Shown piece by piece: positions 1 through 13,529 of a DNA stretch of 64,000 bases (position 1 is the stretch's first letter; every line of letters starts with the position of its first letter). The stretch comes from Laetmonice hystrix (taxonomy: Eukaryota). The stretch spans positions 19,654,001 through 19,718,000 of the forward strand of contig OZ249437.1 in NCBI GenBank assembly GCA_965235115.1. Reading direction: 5' to 3'. A program made the translations under genes and the position numbers. The notes under the pieces were generated by a model. The model did no database searches, was not told the origin of the DNA, and worked only from the letters and a program-made list of their open reading frames with translations.

Positions 1-1792
1 GGCTGGCCGAGCAGTTAGAGGCTGGCGGGGCTGGCGGGGCTGGCGGGGCTGGCGGGGCTGGCGGGGCTGGCGGGGCTGGCGGGGCTGGCTGAGTAGTTAG
101 AGGCTGGCGGGGCTGGCCGAGCAGTTAGGGGCTGGCGGGGCTGGTCGAGTAGTTAGAGGCTGGCGGGGCTGGCCGAGCAGTTAGAGGCTGGCGGGGCTGG
201 CCGAGCAGTTAGAGGCTGGCGGGGCAGGCGGGGCTGGCCGAGCAGTTAGAGGCTGGCGGGGCTGGCCGAGCAGTTAGAGGCTGGCGGGGCTGGCCGAGCA
301 GTTAGAGGCTGGCGGGGCTGGCCGAGCAGTTAGAGGCTGGCGGGGCTGGCCGAGCAGTTAGAGGCTGGCGGGGCTGGCCGAGCAGTTAGAGGCTGGCGGG
401 GCCGGCCGAGCAGTTAGAGGCTGGCGGGGCAGGCGGGGCTGGCCGAGCAGTTAGAGGCTGGCGGGGCTGGCCGAGCAGGTAGAGGCTGGCGGGGCTGGCC
501 GAGCAGTTAGAGGCTGGCGGGGCTGGCCGAGCAGGTAGAGGCTGCATGGCGGGGCTGGCCGAGCAGTTAGAGGCTGGCGGGGCTGGCCGAGCAGGTAGAG
601 GCTGGCGGGGCTGGCGGGGCTGGTCGAGCAGTTAGAGACTGGCGGGGCTGGCCGAGCGGTTAGAGGCTGGCGGGGCTGGCCGAGCAGGTAGAGGCTGGCG
701 GGGCTGGCCGAGCGGTTAGAGGCTGGCGGGGCTGGCCGAGCAGGTAGAGGCTGGCGGGGCTGGCGGGGCTGGTCGAGCAGTTAGAGACTGGCGGGGCTGG
801 CCGAGCGGTTAGAGGCTGGCGGGGCTGGCCGAGCAGTTAGAGGCTGGCGGGGCTGGCGGGGCTGGCCGAGCAGGTAGAGGCTGGCGGGGCTGGCCGAGCA
901 GTTAGAGGCTGGCGGGGCTGGCGGGGCTGGCCGAGCAGTTAGAGGCTGGCGGGGCTGGCCGAGCAGTTAGAGGCTGGCGGGGCTGGCCGAGCAGTTAGAG
1001 GCTGGCGGGGCTGGCCGAGCAGTTAGAGGCTGGCGGGGCTGGNNNNNNNNNNNNNNNNNNNNNNNNNNNNNNNNNNNNNNNNNNNNNNNNNNNNNNNNNN
1101 NNNNNNNNNNNNNNNNNNNNNNNNNNNNNNNNNNNNNNNNNNNNNNNNNNNNNNNNNNNNNNNNNNNNNNNNNNNNNNNNNNNNNNNNNNNNNNNNNNNN
1201 NNNNNNNNNNNNNNNNNNNNNNCTGGCGGGGCTGGCCGAGCAGTTAGAGGCTGGCGGGGCTGGCGGGGCTGGTCGAGTAGTTAGAGGCTGGCGGGGCTGG
1301 CCGAGCAGTTAGAGGCTGGCGGGGCTGGCCGAGCAGTTAGAGGCTGGCGGGGCAGGCGGGGCTGGCCGAGCAGTTAGAGGCTGGCGGGGCTGGCCGAGCA
1401 GTTAGAGGCTGGCGGGGCTGGCCGAGCAGTTAGAGGCTGGCGGGGCTGGCCGAGCAGTTAGAGGCTGGCGGGGCTGGCCGAGCAGTTAGAGGCTGGCGGG
1501 GCTGGCCGAGCAGTTAGAGGCTGGCGGGGCCGGCCGAGCAGTTAGAGGCTGGCGGGGCAGGCGGGGCTGGCCGAGCAGTTAGAGGCTGGCGGGGCTGGCC
1601 GAGCAGTTAGAGGCTGGCGGGGCTGGCCGAGCAGTTAGAGGCTGGCGGGGCTGGCCGAGCAGTTAGAGGCTGGCGGGGCCGGCCGAGCAGTTAGAGGCTG
1701 GAGGGGCTCGCGGGGCTGGTCGAGCGGTTAGAGGCTGGCAGGGCTGGCCGAGCAGATAGAGGCTGGCGGGGCTGGCCGAGTAGTTAGAGGCT
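1..1792 (+). repeat. G-rich minisatellite, 28-bp unit GGCTGGCGGGGCTGGCCGAGCAGTTAGA with variable extra 10-bp GGCTGGCGGG subunits; interrupted by an N gap and truncated by the window start
   Basis: Tandem periodicity read directly from the sequence. Confidence 0.97.
1043..1222. other. Assembly gap (180 N) inside the 28-bp array
   Basis: Run of N. Confidence 1.
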
Positions 1793-2344
1793 CTCAGGCT
1801 CAAGGCTCCCGATCAGTTGACATCAGTCACAAGGTCGGCCCAGCCGCTATCAGCCACCATCAGATAATCATTTGCAAAATGATGAGACTTGAGTCATGGT
1901 GACAGGGGATGGTCATTCCTATTTGTTGAGGGATGGAGGAAGGGGTGGGGGGTTAAGGCGATGCGGTCACGATGCCATCCAGCAAAAGAGGGGTGTATTT
2001 CGGACAAAAGACCGCCAGTCGAGGGTGTTAGCCATTCACAGCGGGATCATACAAGCGGGGAAGGGTAGGTGGAATCACCACGATTGTTGACGGAGAGAGA
2101 GAAGGCAATGCAATAGGACGCCGCCTGCTTCATAGCAGAATGGTCGACTGGCTTTGAGTGAGATGATTGGTAGTGTTGAGATTATCATTGCTTCTATTCA
2201 CAGGTATTGCCTGGATTGTTAACGGTGGGACACATCATACTCGACGTGAATGGAAACGATGGATGAGAATGCTGGCTCAGTGCATGGCTAGTTGGTGGTT
2301 AGAATACAGGCCGTGGGTCGTTGTGGGGGAGGGGGGTAGGCTGC

Positions 2345-3274
2345 GGGATGGTTGGGTGGTTGTGGTGTACTGTCACATTCAGTGGGATGGTTGGGTGGTT
2401 GTGGTGGACTGTAACATTCAGTGGGATGGTTGGGTGGTTGTGGTGCACTGTCACATTCAGTGGGATGGTTGGGTGGTTGTGGTGTACTGTCACATTCAGT
2501 GGGATGGTTGGGTGGTTGTGGTGTACTGTCACATTCAGTGGGATGGCTGGGTGGTTGTGGTGTACTGTCACATTCAGTGGGATGGTTGGGTGGTTGTGGT
2601 GCACTGTCACATTCAGTGGGATGGTTGGGTGGTTGTGGTGTACTGTCACATTCAGTGGGATGGTTGGGTGGTTGTGGTGTACTGTCACATTCAGTGGGAT
2701 GGTTGGGTGGTTGTGGTGTACTGTCACATTCAGTGGGATGGCTGGGTGGTTGTGGTGTACTGTCACATTCAGTGGGATGGCTGGGTGGTTGTGGTGTACT
2801 GTCACATTCAGTGGGATGGCTGGGTGGTTGTGGTGTACTGTCACATTCAGTGGGATGGTTGGGTGGTTGTGGTGTACTGTCACATTCAGCGGGATGGTTG
2901 GGTGGTTGTGGTGTACTGTCACATTCAGCGGGATGGTTGGGTGGTTGTGGTGTACTGTCACATTCAGTGGGATGGTTGGGTGGTTGTGGTGTACTGTCAC
3001 ATTCAGTGGGATGGTTGGGTGGTTGTGGTGTACCGTCACATTCAGTGGGATGGTTGGGTGGTTGTGGTGTACTGTCACATTCAGTGGGATGGTTGGGTGG
3101 TTGTGGTGTACTGTCACATTCAGCGGGATGGTTGGGTGGTTGTGGTGTACTGTCACATTCAGTGGGATGGTTGGGTGGTTGTGGTGTACTGTCACATTCA
3201 GTGGGATGGTTGGGTGGTTGTGGTGTACCGTCACATTCAGTGGGATGGTTGGGTGGTTGTGGTGTACTGTCACA
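2345..3274 (+). repeat. 39-bp minisatellite (TGGTTGGGTGGTTGTGGTGTACTGTCACATTCAGTGGGA), about 24 copies
   Basis: Direct periodicity; 13-aa periodic ORFs on both strands in the ORF track. Confidence 0.97.
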
Positions 3275-3477
3275 ATTATTATTCCACAAAGAACCTCTTC
3301 CTCCCATCCCTACGCCCCCTTGAGTGAATTACACACTTTCTGGTCACCTCATCAAAACAACCTTGATTGTCAAATAAAAAATCGTCTTTGTGTGGCCAGC
3401 ATAGCAAACTATTCGGGAGATCGGGTATTACCATAGAATGTAGGGCGGGGATGTCTAGCATATCACCCAGGCCAGGT

Positions 3478-4143
3478 TTATGGCTGATTTCCTGGTGTTG
3501 GGAAGAGATATTCGTGGTGTATTTCCTGGTGTTGGGAGGAGATATCTTTGGTTTATTTCCTGGTGTTGGGAGGAGATATCTTTGGTTTATTTCCTGGTGT
3601 TGGGAGGAGATATCTTTGATTTATTTTTTGGTTTTGGGAGGAGATATTTCTGGTTTATTTCCTGGTGTTGGGAGGAGATATCTTTGATCTATTTTTTGGT
3701 TTTGGGAGGAGATATTTCTGGTTTATTTCCTGGTGTTGGGAGGAGATATCTTTGGTTTATTTCCTGGTCTTGGGGGGAGATATTTCTGGTTTATTTCCTG
3801 GTGTTGGGAGGAGATATCTTTGGTTTATTTCCTGGTCTTGGGGGGAGATATTTCTGGTTTATTTCCTGGTGTTGGGGGAGGGAGATATTTCTGGTTTATT
3901 TCCTGGTGTTGGGGGGATATCTTTGGTTTATTTCCTGGTGTTGGGGGAGGGAGATATTTCTGGTTTATTTCCTGGTGTTGGGAGGAGATATTTCTGGTTT
4001 ATTTCCTGGTGTTGGGGAGATATTCCTGGTTTATGTCCTGGTGTTGGGGAGATATTTCTGGTTTATTTCCTGGTGTTGCGAGGTGATGTTTCTGGTGTTG
4101 GGGGGGGGGGGTAATCTCTGGTTTATGTCCTGGTTTTGGGAGG
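3478..4143 (+). repeat. Degenerate GT-rich tandem repeat, about 34-bp unit (TTTCTGGTTTATTTCCTGGTGTTGGGAGGAGATA)
   Basis: Direct periodicity with indels. Confidence 0.93.
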
Positions 4144-5383
4144 AGACAATTATTCGTAGTTCATCTCCTGGTGTTGAATATTGAATATTTAGGCTTATAT
4201 TCGAGACACACCAGTCACGTCTTTCTTTTCTCTAATCGAATCGCACTGCTTTGTCCTATTTTGTTTGTCTGTTCTCGTATGCCCTTACCAGGATATTCTT
4301 CCTGGTCGCAGTCAGGCATTTTATTCTCAAGGAGCTGCCAGTTATGCCGAATGATGTCGAAGTCGACTATGGCAATCGGACAGGGTCATTCGGCTGGTTG
4401 TTAGCCGAACTGAGAGTGATTGAAGTTGGCCAGACACCCTCAGGTGTTTGGGGGGTCATTCAGGGGAGAGTCAAACCGTGCACTGCCTGCCTCCCGTCCT
4501 CCTGATATTAGTTGATTGATACGAAACCGCCTTCATCCTCCGAGCACGTCACGTCCGGCTACATGAGGTGCATACAGCGAGTTATAAAACTCGAACTGAA
4601 GGCCGGTGCTACAGCCGCCAACACTCAAGGACGTCTAGAGTATCCAATCGGAATATTGGAAGAGAACATTCTCTATCAATCGGAATGATCTGCCATTCAT
4701 AATGTCCCACAGGTATCGATCGCTATAAATTGAAATTATCAATGGCTGGTCTTTTTACGTACCTATTTCATTTCAGCGAGAGTTTCTGCCTCTCGCCAAG
4801 GTCAAGCTTTCAGTCAGTGAAAATATGGCATAATACAAATAATTAACAGCCACAGCCGACTTTGTCCTTGCGGGTACGCAAGATTCGCAGGTGGGGGTTA
4901 TTTATTGGTCACCTGATCTACAATTATTGGAATTTCGAGTTTATCACCTGCTTGCACAATCAGGTGTCATGTACATTGTCGGGGAAGATTGAGAATGTGA
5001 AGAGGGGTGGCAAGTCACATGCCAGCGTGATGCATGGCCCTTCTCGAATTGAAGTACCCCCCCCCCTCCACCCGTCTTTTTATGGTGAGGAAAGTAGATG
5101 CTAGCATCCAGCCAGATGCCATATATTCACTACAGGACCAAAGACCAGAGAGTCTGTCTCCATGGGCGACCTGCCGCTACCGACCCCTTCAACCGACCTT
5201 CAGCTGACCTTGACATCATTAGTTTGGTTTCCTCATTGCCACTGTCTGTTGAGTAGAAGAGACACTTGTCGATGAGCAGGCGAGGCCACAACCTTCGGCT
5301 TGTTCTCGTAGTCAGTGCACGGGGGCATGAGTTGACGAGTGCTGCATACCACATCGTGACCTGTGACCCAGACTGCGTCCACT

Positions 5384-5565
5384 GTACCAGGTCTCTGTCT
5401 CTGTACCAGGCGCCGCCTGTCTCTGTACTAGGCAACGCTTGTCTCTGTACCAGGCACCGCTTGTCTCTGTACCAGGCACCTCCCATCTCTGTACCAGGCG
5501 CCGCCCGCCTCTGTACTAGGCACCACCCATCTCTCTACCAGGCACCGCCCGTCTCTGTACCAGGC
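5384..5565 (+). repeat. Short imperfect tandem repeat built on CTCTGTACCAGGCACC, about 25-bp unit
   Basis: About 7 imperfect copies visible. Confidence 0.85.
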
Positions 5566-6309
5566 ATCTGGTTGGAGGGTGGGATAGATTGCTGAGGGGT
5601 CGTGTTCCGACTGTCCTCACCACCTTCCGTCGTGTGTGCGGTGTGTGTGACTGGACGAGGTGGTCATAGGGTAATCTAGATGTGGAATAATACAATTACT
5701 CGGTGTTAATTTGATTACTTTCAATTTACAATTGCATGTTACATTTTACATTACATGTTGTTATATTTGGGTTCCACAGGATAGAGAGAAAGTTATTATC
5801 CTGAATCAGTAGGTTAGAAATATTGTTACTTTGGTTGAGCCGTTTACTGTAAGGAAATAACCCTGACTTAATATTGTCCTCGTCATGTTTGATATAGTTT
5901 TTACCAAAATACCACTTTGTCTCCGCCATCTCCTAACTAACTACATCAAGCACAATCCAAAAACTTAAAGCACAGACCCGAATATTTAAACCGTAATGAA
6001 CGAGACAAAGCGTTATAAAATAGATTATGGAAAAAAGAATCAAGTTAAGACAGAAATAGGTATTCTGATTTAATGTTGCTTAGTTGACTTTGTTAATTGA
6101 TTCATTTTAGCACTTCATGAAAATAACTGTATTGACACGGATTTCTACAACGTTGAATTTCCTTGGGTTAGCTACGGCTCTTGAATGACGAGGATGTTAC
6201 CAGTGAAATAAGGGTTTATTAACCGATATAAATATTGTATACTGCCCACACATCAGGTTGTTGATCTCTTGTCCTGAGAATGCAATAATAATTATTGTTA
6301 GAAATTTCA

Positions 6310-8477
6310 CCAGCAGTCCTCTCACTGGGTGAATGTGCTGACTGTCAGCGGTATAGTAAGTCCGCCAGTAGTCCTCTTACTGGGTGAATGTGCTGACTGT
6401 GAGCGGTATAGTAAGTCCGCCAGTAGTCCTCTCACTGGGTGAATGTGCTGACTGTGAGCGGTATAGTAAGTCCGCCAGTAGTCCTCTTACTGGGTGAATG
6501 TGCTGACTGTGAGCGGTATAGTAAGTCCGCCAGTAGTCCTCTCACTGGGTGAATGTGCTGACTGTGAGCGGTATAGTAAGTCTGCCAGTAGTCCTCTTAA
6601 TGGGTGAATGTGCTGACTGTGAGCGGTATAGTAAGTCCGCCAGTAGTCCTCTTACTGGGTGAATGTGCTGACTGTGAGCGGTATAGTAAGTTCGCCAGTA
6701 GTCCTCTTACTGGGTGAATGTGCTGACTGTGAGCGGTATAGTAAGTCTGCCAGTAGTCCTCTCACTGGGTGAATGTGCTGACTGTGAGCGGTATAGTAAG
6801 TCCGCCAGTAGTCCTCTCACTGGGTGAATGTGCTGACTGTGAGCGGTATAGTAAGTCCACCAGTAGTCCTCTCACTGGGTGAATGTGCTGACTGTGAGCG
6901 GTATAGTAAGTCCGCCAGGAGTCCTCTTACTGGGTGAATGTGCTGACTGTGAGCGGTATAGTAAGTCTGCCAGTAGTCCTCTTACTGGGTGAATGTGCTG
7001 ACTGTGAGCGGTATAGTAAGTCCGCCAGTAGTCCTCTCACTGTGTGAATGTGCTGACTGTGAGCGGTATAGTAAGTCCGCCAGTAGTCCTCTTACTGGGT
7101 GAATGTGCTGACTGTGAGCGGTATAGTAAGTCCGCCAGTAGTCCTCTTACTGGGTGAATGTGCTGACTGTGAGCCGTATAGTAAGTCTGCCAGTAGTCCT
7201 CTTAATGGGTGAATGTGCTGACTGTGAGCGGTATAGTAAGTCCGCCAGGAGTCCTCTTACTGGGTGAATGTGCTGACTGTGAGCGGTATAGTAAGTCCGC
7301 CAGTAGTCCTCTTACTGGGTGAATGTGCTGACTGTGGGCGGTATAGTAAGTCCGCCAGTAGTCCTCTCACTGGGTGAATGTGCTGACTGTGAGCGGTATA
7401 GTAAGTCCGCCAGTAGTCCTCTCACTGGGTGAATGTGCTGACTGTGAGCGGTATAGTAAGTCCGCCAGGAGTCCTCTCACTTGGTGAATGTGCTGACTGT
7501 GAGCGGTATAGTAAGTCCGCCAGGAGTCCTCTCACTGGGTGAATGTGCTGACTGTGAGCGGTATAGTAAGTCCGCCAGTAGTCCTCTCACTGGGTGAATG
7601 TGCTGACTGTGAGCGGTATAGTAAGTCCGCCAGTAGTCCTCCTAATGGGTGAATGTGCTGACTGTGAGCGGTATAGTAAGTCCGCCAGTAGTCCTCTCAC
7701 TGGGTGAATGTGCTGACTGTGAGCGGTATAGTAAGTCCGCCAGTAGTCCTCTTACTGGGTGAATGTGCTGACTGTGAGCGGTATAGTAAGTCCGCCAGTA
7801 GTCCTCTTACTGGGTGAATGTGCTGACTGTGAGCGGTATAGTAAGTCCGCCAGGAGTCCTCTTACTGGGTGAATGTGCTGACTGTGAGCGGTATAGTAAG
7901 TCCGCCAGGAGTCCTCTCACTTGGTGAATGTGCTGACTGTGAGCGGTATAGTAAGTCTGGCAGGAGTCCTCTTACTGGGTGAATGTGCTGACTGTGAGCG
8001 GTATAGTAAGTTCGCCAGTAGTCCTCTTACTGGGTGAATGTGCTGACTGTGAGCGGTATAGTAAGTCTGCAGTAGTCCTCTTACTGGGTGAATGTGCTGA
8101 CTGTGAGCGGTATAGTAAGTCTGGCAGGAGTCCTCTCACTGGGCGAATGTGCTGACTGTGAGCGGTATAGTAAGTTCGCCAGTAGTCCTCTTACTGGGTG
8201 AATGTGCTGACTGTGAGCGGTATAGTAAGTCTGCAGTAGTCCTCTTACTGGGTGAATGTGCTGACTGTGAGCGGTATAGTAAGTCTGGCAGGAGTCCTCT
8301 CACTGGGTGAATGTGCTGACTGTGAGCGGTATAGTAAGACTGCCAGTAGTCCTCTTACTGGGTGAATGTGCTGACTGTGAGCGGTATAGTAAGTCCGCCA
8401 GTAGTCCTCTTACTGGGTGAATGTGCTGACTGTGAGCGGTATAGTAAGTCCGCCAGTAGTCCTCTTACTGGGTGAAT
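6310..8477 (+). repeat. 55-bp minisatellite (CCAGTAGTCCTCT(C/T)ACTGGGTGAATGTGCTGACTGTGAGCGGTATAGTAAGTCCG), about 39 copies
   Basis: Direct periodicity; unit contains GTAAGT and a CCAGTA/TACTGG stem. Confidence 0.97.
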
Positions 8478-9931
8478 ATTCTCCCACCAACACCCTCCTA
8501 ACCACCGCAGAACCACCTCCGGGAAAAATGAGATGGTTGAAGCATTTGGTTCAGATCCAAGTCTGAAGATCTAAGCTTTTATAGGCAAGAATTTAAGGCA
8601 ATCTGCATCGTGTGAAACCTGCTAAATATAGCGCCGCAATTTTACAAGCCAATGCACTGAATGTCATTGAGGAATTCAGTGGTATTCTGTCACTGCCGAT
8701 TTCTCTTTATGGCATTATAATGTTATTGATTGTCGAAGAACTTTTAATAAGGCCTCGCTTGCTTCTTAGACAGGACTCTTTAATCCTGAAGTTATGAGAG
8801 GTAAAAAAATCCAATTTGCATTGTTGCCAAGGCAGCAGCAAGGATCGTGCTAACAAAAAGACCAGGCTGCCTGCTAGGAGAGAAACATTCCCAGTGATAT
8901 AACGGGAGATACACCCATAGTGTCCGTATACCGACTGGATGTATGCGTGAGGCCCAAACCAATCTTTACAAGTAGCGTAACCATTGACAACTATCTGTCT
9001 GTGTTGTCAGTTAAAAGTTTGTACGTTTGTATGAGAAAATGCCTCAACAAAAACAGTGCACAGAAGCGACTTGTATGCGATAAATGGCAGTTAACGTGAT
9101 TCTACCGTATTTAAAATACCTAGCACGGAGGTGGGTGGTCAGGGTCACTGGTCACGTGGTAAGACAACAGCCCATTATGATTACAGCCAGCATGGTGCTA
9201 CATAAATAGGTGTACCTTGTGGAAGGGTGTATATCGCCCCATGAATAACACAAGGTAGCAAGTGACATTCCTGGTGAAACCTGTTTTTTTTACCATGTCG
9301 TACTGCAGAGGTACCACCTTTATAGTTCTATACTGAAAATAGAACTCTACAACCCTTTAGGACTAATGTAGCAAATACAACTATGTGGGGGATTTCCTTC
9401 TATAACTGATTATTCACAATTCCTCAAAGTTTCAAACTCAATTTCCCCAAAAGTAACAAAATGACACTTGCGACCTTGTGTTATTCATGGGACGAAGGCT
9501 CATATAATATAGATTATTTGAAAAACTTATCTGGACTGATTCAAGTCATTCAGTGCAAAAGTATTAGAAGTCCGAGACTGACGTAGTGGATATTGTTTTC
9601 AGAGTACATGCAACATGAGCTTCCGTATTTGGCGACTGCGCGGAAAAGAAGCCTTTTTACAGTAGAATTTACAACGATCAAGTATAGCATACACAATTAC
9701 ATTGTGTTGTTAAGGACTGGCTATTGTTGAAAAACGGTAGGATGTGTTCGTGCGGGATTGCATGATTCCACGAATGGGTGGGAGATGTGTTATGGAGTTC
9801 ACACAAACTGTCAGAGGTATTTTATCAAAGTCGCTGTCCCTGTCAGTTCGCGAGATGCGGAATGGCTAAGTGGCTCTCTTATCTTGTCGAATATCGCATT
9901 GTACAACAGGTCATACATTTTGTGGTCTACG

Positions 9932-10413
9932 AGTAAACGCCTGGTTCTTTAGCTGAGGTTTCTCACCAAACTTGTGCAGCAGGATATAGGTGGGTGCTGG
10001 AGCAAGCTGAGGTACTGCCTGTACTCTGTACAGCAGCACACGGGTAAATGTCCGGTTCTTTAGATGAGGTTTCTCACCAAACTTGTGCAGTAGGATATAC
10101 GTGGGTGCTGGAGCAAGCTGAGGTACTGCCTGTACTCTGTACAGGATATAGGTGGGTGCTGGAGCAAGCTGAGGTACTGCCTGTACTCTTACAGCAGCAC
10201 ACGGGTAAACGTCCCGTTCTTTAGATGAGGTTTCTCACCAAACTTATGCAGCAGGATATAGGTGGGTGCTGGAGCAAGCTGAGGTACTGCCTGTACTCTT
10301 ACAGCAGCACACGGGTAAACGTCCCGTTCTTTAGCTGAGGTTTCTCACCAAACTTACGCAGCAGGATATAGGTGGGTGCTGGAGAAAGCTGAGGTACTGC
10401 CTGTACTCTGTAC
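9932..10413 (+). repeat. Tandem repeat of about 110-111 bp, about 4 copies plus an internal partial copy
   Basis: GAGGTTTCTCACCAAACTT recurs at about 9955, 10066, 10227 and 10337. Confidence 0.93.
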
Positions 10414-10461
10414 AGCCGGTCAACCTATCTCTATACACCAAGGTAACCTTTGATACAGGAC

Positions 10462-10762
10462 TTTACATTGTACAACAGTGGTGATACACATTGATGCAAC
10501 ACTTTACATTGTACAACAGTGGTGATACACATTGATGCAACACTTTATATTGTACAACAGTGGTGATACACATTGATGCAACACTTTACATTGTACAACA
10601 GTGGTGATATTGATACAGCACTTGACATTGTACAACAGTGGTGATACACATTGATGCAACACTTTACATTGTACAACAGTGGTGATACACATTGATGCAG
10701 AACCTTACATTGTACAACAGTGGTGATACACATTGATGCAGCACTTTATATTGTACAACAGT
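10462..10762 (+). repeat. 41-bp minisatellite (CACTTTACATTGTACAACAGTGGTGATACACATTGATGCAA), about 7 copies
   Basis: Direct periodicity; ORF offsets differ by 41. Confidence 0.95.
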
Positions 10763-10946
10763 GCATCACTTGAAGGACAGCGTGGACCTTTGGTGGTGCG
10801 ATGTCAGTCATCAAGGGTGACCTGTCCTTCATCGACCTGCATTACACCACTGCAATGTAAAGAAAGAATCGATTTCCAATACTGCATTGGTCTGAAGACT
10901 GTGGCGGATCCAGCCCCACCCCCACCCCCACCCACCTAAAATCAAG

Positions 10947-11101
10947 ATGATGATATAGATAGCACGGAGAAAGTGCCCGTCTCGAGGACCGAAGGCTTTG
11001 CCCGATGGTTCGATCGTCTCCTTGCCCCCTTCAAAAATGTGCAAGACGACCCCCCGTGGTACTTGCCGTCCGTGGATGTGGACAAGGCCGTACTGGACTT
11101 T
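10947..11101 (+). CDS. Candidate internal coding exon, unknown protein (DDIDSTEKVPVSRTEGFARWFDRLLAPFKNVQDDPPWYLPSVDVDKAVLDF)
   Basis: Open frame with many C/G-ending codons, ending at TTT|GTAAGA. The acceptor (AATCAAG) is weak and no family is recognised. Confidence 0.35.
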
Positions 11102-11114
11102 GTAAGATCATCCA

Positions 11115-11909
11115 TTACAGGATACAGGCTGGGTAACGGTAGTACAGGGATTGGTGGGGGGAGGAGTGTTGGACTGTCATACCCACTCACGTCCTTACAG
11201 GATACAGGCTGGGTAACGGCAGTACAGGGATTGGTAGGAGGAGTGTTGGACTGTCATACCCACTCACGTTCTTACAGGATACAGGCTGGGTAACGGCAGT
11301 ACAGGGATTGGTGGGGGGAGGAGTGTTGGACTGTCATACCCACTCACGTCCTTACAGGATACAGGCTGGGTAACGGTAGTACAGGGATTGGTAGGAGGAG
11401 TGTTGGACTGTCATACCCACTCACGTCCTTACAGGATACAGGCTGGGTAACGGTAGTACAGGGATTGGTAGGAGGAGGAGTGTTGGACTGTCATACCCAC
11501 TCACGTTCTTACAGGATACAGGCTGGGTAACGGCAGTACAGGGATTGGTGGGGGGAGGAGTGTTGGACTGTCATACCCACTCACGTCCTTACAGGATACA
11601 GGCTGGGTAACGGTAGTACAGGGATTGGTAGGAGGAGTGTTGGACTGTCATACCCACTCACGTCCTTACAGGATACAGGCTGGGTAACGGTAGTACAGGG
11701 ATTGGTAGGAGGAGGAGTGTTGGACTGTCATACCCACTCATGTCCTTACAGGATACAGGCTGGGTAACGGTAGTACAGGGATTGGTAGGGGGAGGAGTGT
11801 TGGACTGTCATACCCACTCACGTCCTTACTGGATACAGGCATGGTGTTGGGTAGCTGCAGTACAGGGATTTTTAGGGGGTTAGTGTTGAACTGTCATACA
11901 CACTCACGT
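11115..11909 (+). repeat. 77-80-bp minisatellite (TTACAGGATACAGGCTGGGTAACGGTAGTACAGGGATTGGTAGGAGGAGTGTTGGACTGTCATACCCACTCACGTCC), about 10 copies
   Basis: Direct periodicity; each unit carries a minus-strand GTGAGT. Confidence 0.96.
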
Positions 11910-12104
11910 GTTGTTTCTGGTTGATTCTCTTGGGAGATGTCTGCTCCAGCGGACCAGAAACAAAAACGGTGTTCTGCGAGTCGTCCGGTCGGGTGAAGGG
12001 TCAGTCACACGTGGACAAACCATATCATGGGAAACCAATCAGGACGATCAAATTTAGGATAGTAGATTTCTACCAGAGGTAGAGGCAGTGGTAAGGATCA
12101 TAAG

Positions 12105-12407
12105 TTATAAGATCAGTGCCGTACCAGAATGGGACATAATGTTATAAGATCAGTACCGTACCAGAATGGGACATAATGTTATAAGATCAGTGCCGTATAC
12201 CAGAATGGGACATAACGTTATAAGATCAGTACCTTACCAGAATGGGACAAAATGTTATAAGATCAGTACCGTACCAAAATGGGACATAACGTTATAAGAT
12301 CAGTACCATACCAGAATGGGACATAACGTTATAAGATCAGTACCGTACCAGAATGGGACATAACGTTATAAGATCAGTACCGTACCAGAATGGGACATAA
12401 CGTTATA
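12105..12407 (+). repeat. 37-bp minisatellite (ATAACGTTATAAGATCAGTACCGTACCAGAATGGGAC), about 8 copies
   Basis: Direct periodicity. Confidence 0.95.
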
Positions 12408-13200
12408 CGGCATTTTCCTTGTTGAGAAATTAGGCCAATGTTTACATCTGCACATACTCTTGAGGAGGACGACAGTGCTAAATCAAATCGACTTCCCTCT
12501 CCGTTTTCCCGCAGTGAGGCAGTCAGTTAATTGATCCACTTGACCCTGGAAGAATTGACATAGAGCAGGCACCCAGAGCTGCAGGGACTCGAGGCTGGTC
12601 AGCGTGGCAAAGCCGACGTCAGAGGTGAATTAAAGTGAAACACTGAGGGGTCGTAAGTTTGACCTTGCCATCCCGTGAGCGGATGTGTTGATAGTTGTGG
12701 ATGGGACACGAGGGAGGCGGGGTTTATTAAAGGTGTGTCCGGAACAGGTAAGATGTGGGTTAAACAGGTGAGGTGTAGTTAGAATGTTAAGAGGTGTAAA
12801 AGCAGGTGGTAGACAGCTGGTGTCATGTCTAGGTGTTATAACGGTGATTATCCGACCGTTTAACACTGCGGGTGGCGGTGTGGTGGGGTAGGGTGAGGGT
12901 GGGGTGGGGGTGTATTAACCTACAGAGAACCAGACAACATTGTTTATCCCCGATACCTCATTGAGATGGAGACTTTGAATCTGTTGAATAAACTCCAGCG
13001 CTGTAACATGAAACAGCGGCAAAGTTGGGGTATATTGATCTTAGTGTGATCCGCAGTACAGATCGCAAAGATGGGGATCCAACTCAATTAGCATGTGTAG
13101 ACAAGCACTTCCTTTATACCGAATCATGATATCATCGCATCGGCTGGTCGATCCAGACGTGGAGACACTGGGCTGGAAACGCTACTGGATTCAATCCAGG

Positions 13201-13239
13201 TGACGTCAGCTTACGTCAGAGCAGGTCCTTGTGACGTCA
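13201..13239. promoter_or_regulatory. Two perfect CRE palindromes (TGACGTCA at 13201 and 13232)
   Basis: Exact match to the CREB/ATF consensus; function untested. Confidence 0.35.
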
Positions 13240-13406
13240 TTCTCAAGGGGATGGCAGCAGGCCCCCTGGCGGGATCTGAGAGTCACGGTTCAGTGATCAG
13301 AGTGACTTTGACCTAACGGTGGAGGGCGGGTGTTGGCCTACCACTGGGGTGGAGACTGACTCAGCCGGCTAGACCAGTCACAATAGAAATACTCCATTCA
13401 GTTACC

Positions 13407-13529
13407 ATGTCTGCAGAGACAGGTGATGAGTCACTATTGCCTTACACGAAGATGAAGCACTTCTCATTCGGAAGTGGGGATATGTACGGACAGGAAAGGA
13501 TGAAGAACTCTCCAGTGCGAGACAAACTT
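13407..13529 (+). CDS. Candidate first coding exon (MSAETGDESLLPYTKMKHFSFGSGDMYGQERMKNSPVRDKL), unknown protein
   Basis: ACCATG start context, 41 open codons, ends at a weak GTGCGT donor; phase-compatible with the candidate at 14158. Confidence 0.25.

Noticed and set aside
2167-3436. 300-386-aa ORFs in five frames
   Set aside because: A 39-bp unit open in nearly all frames on both strands, which is a repeat artefact.
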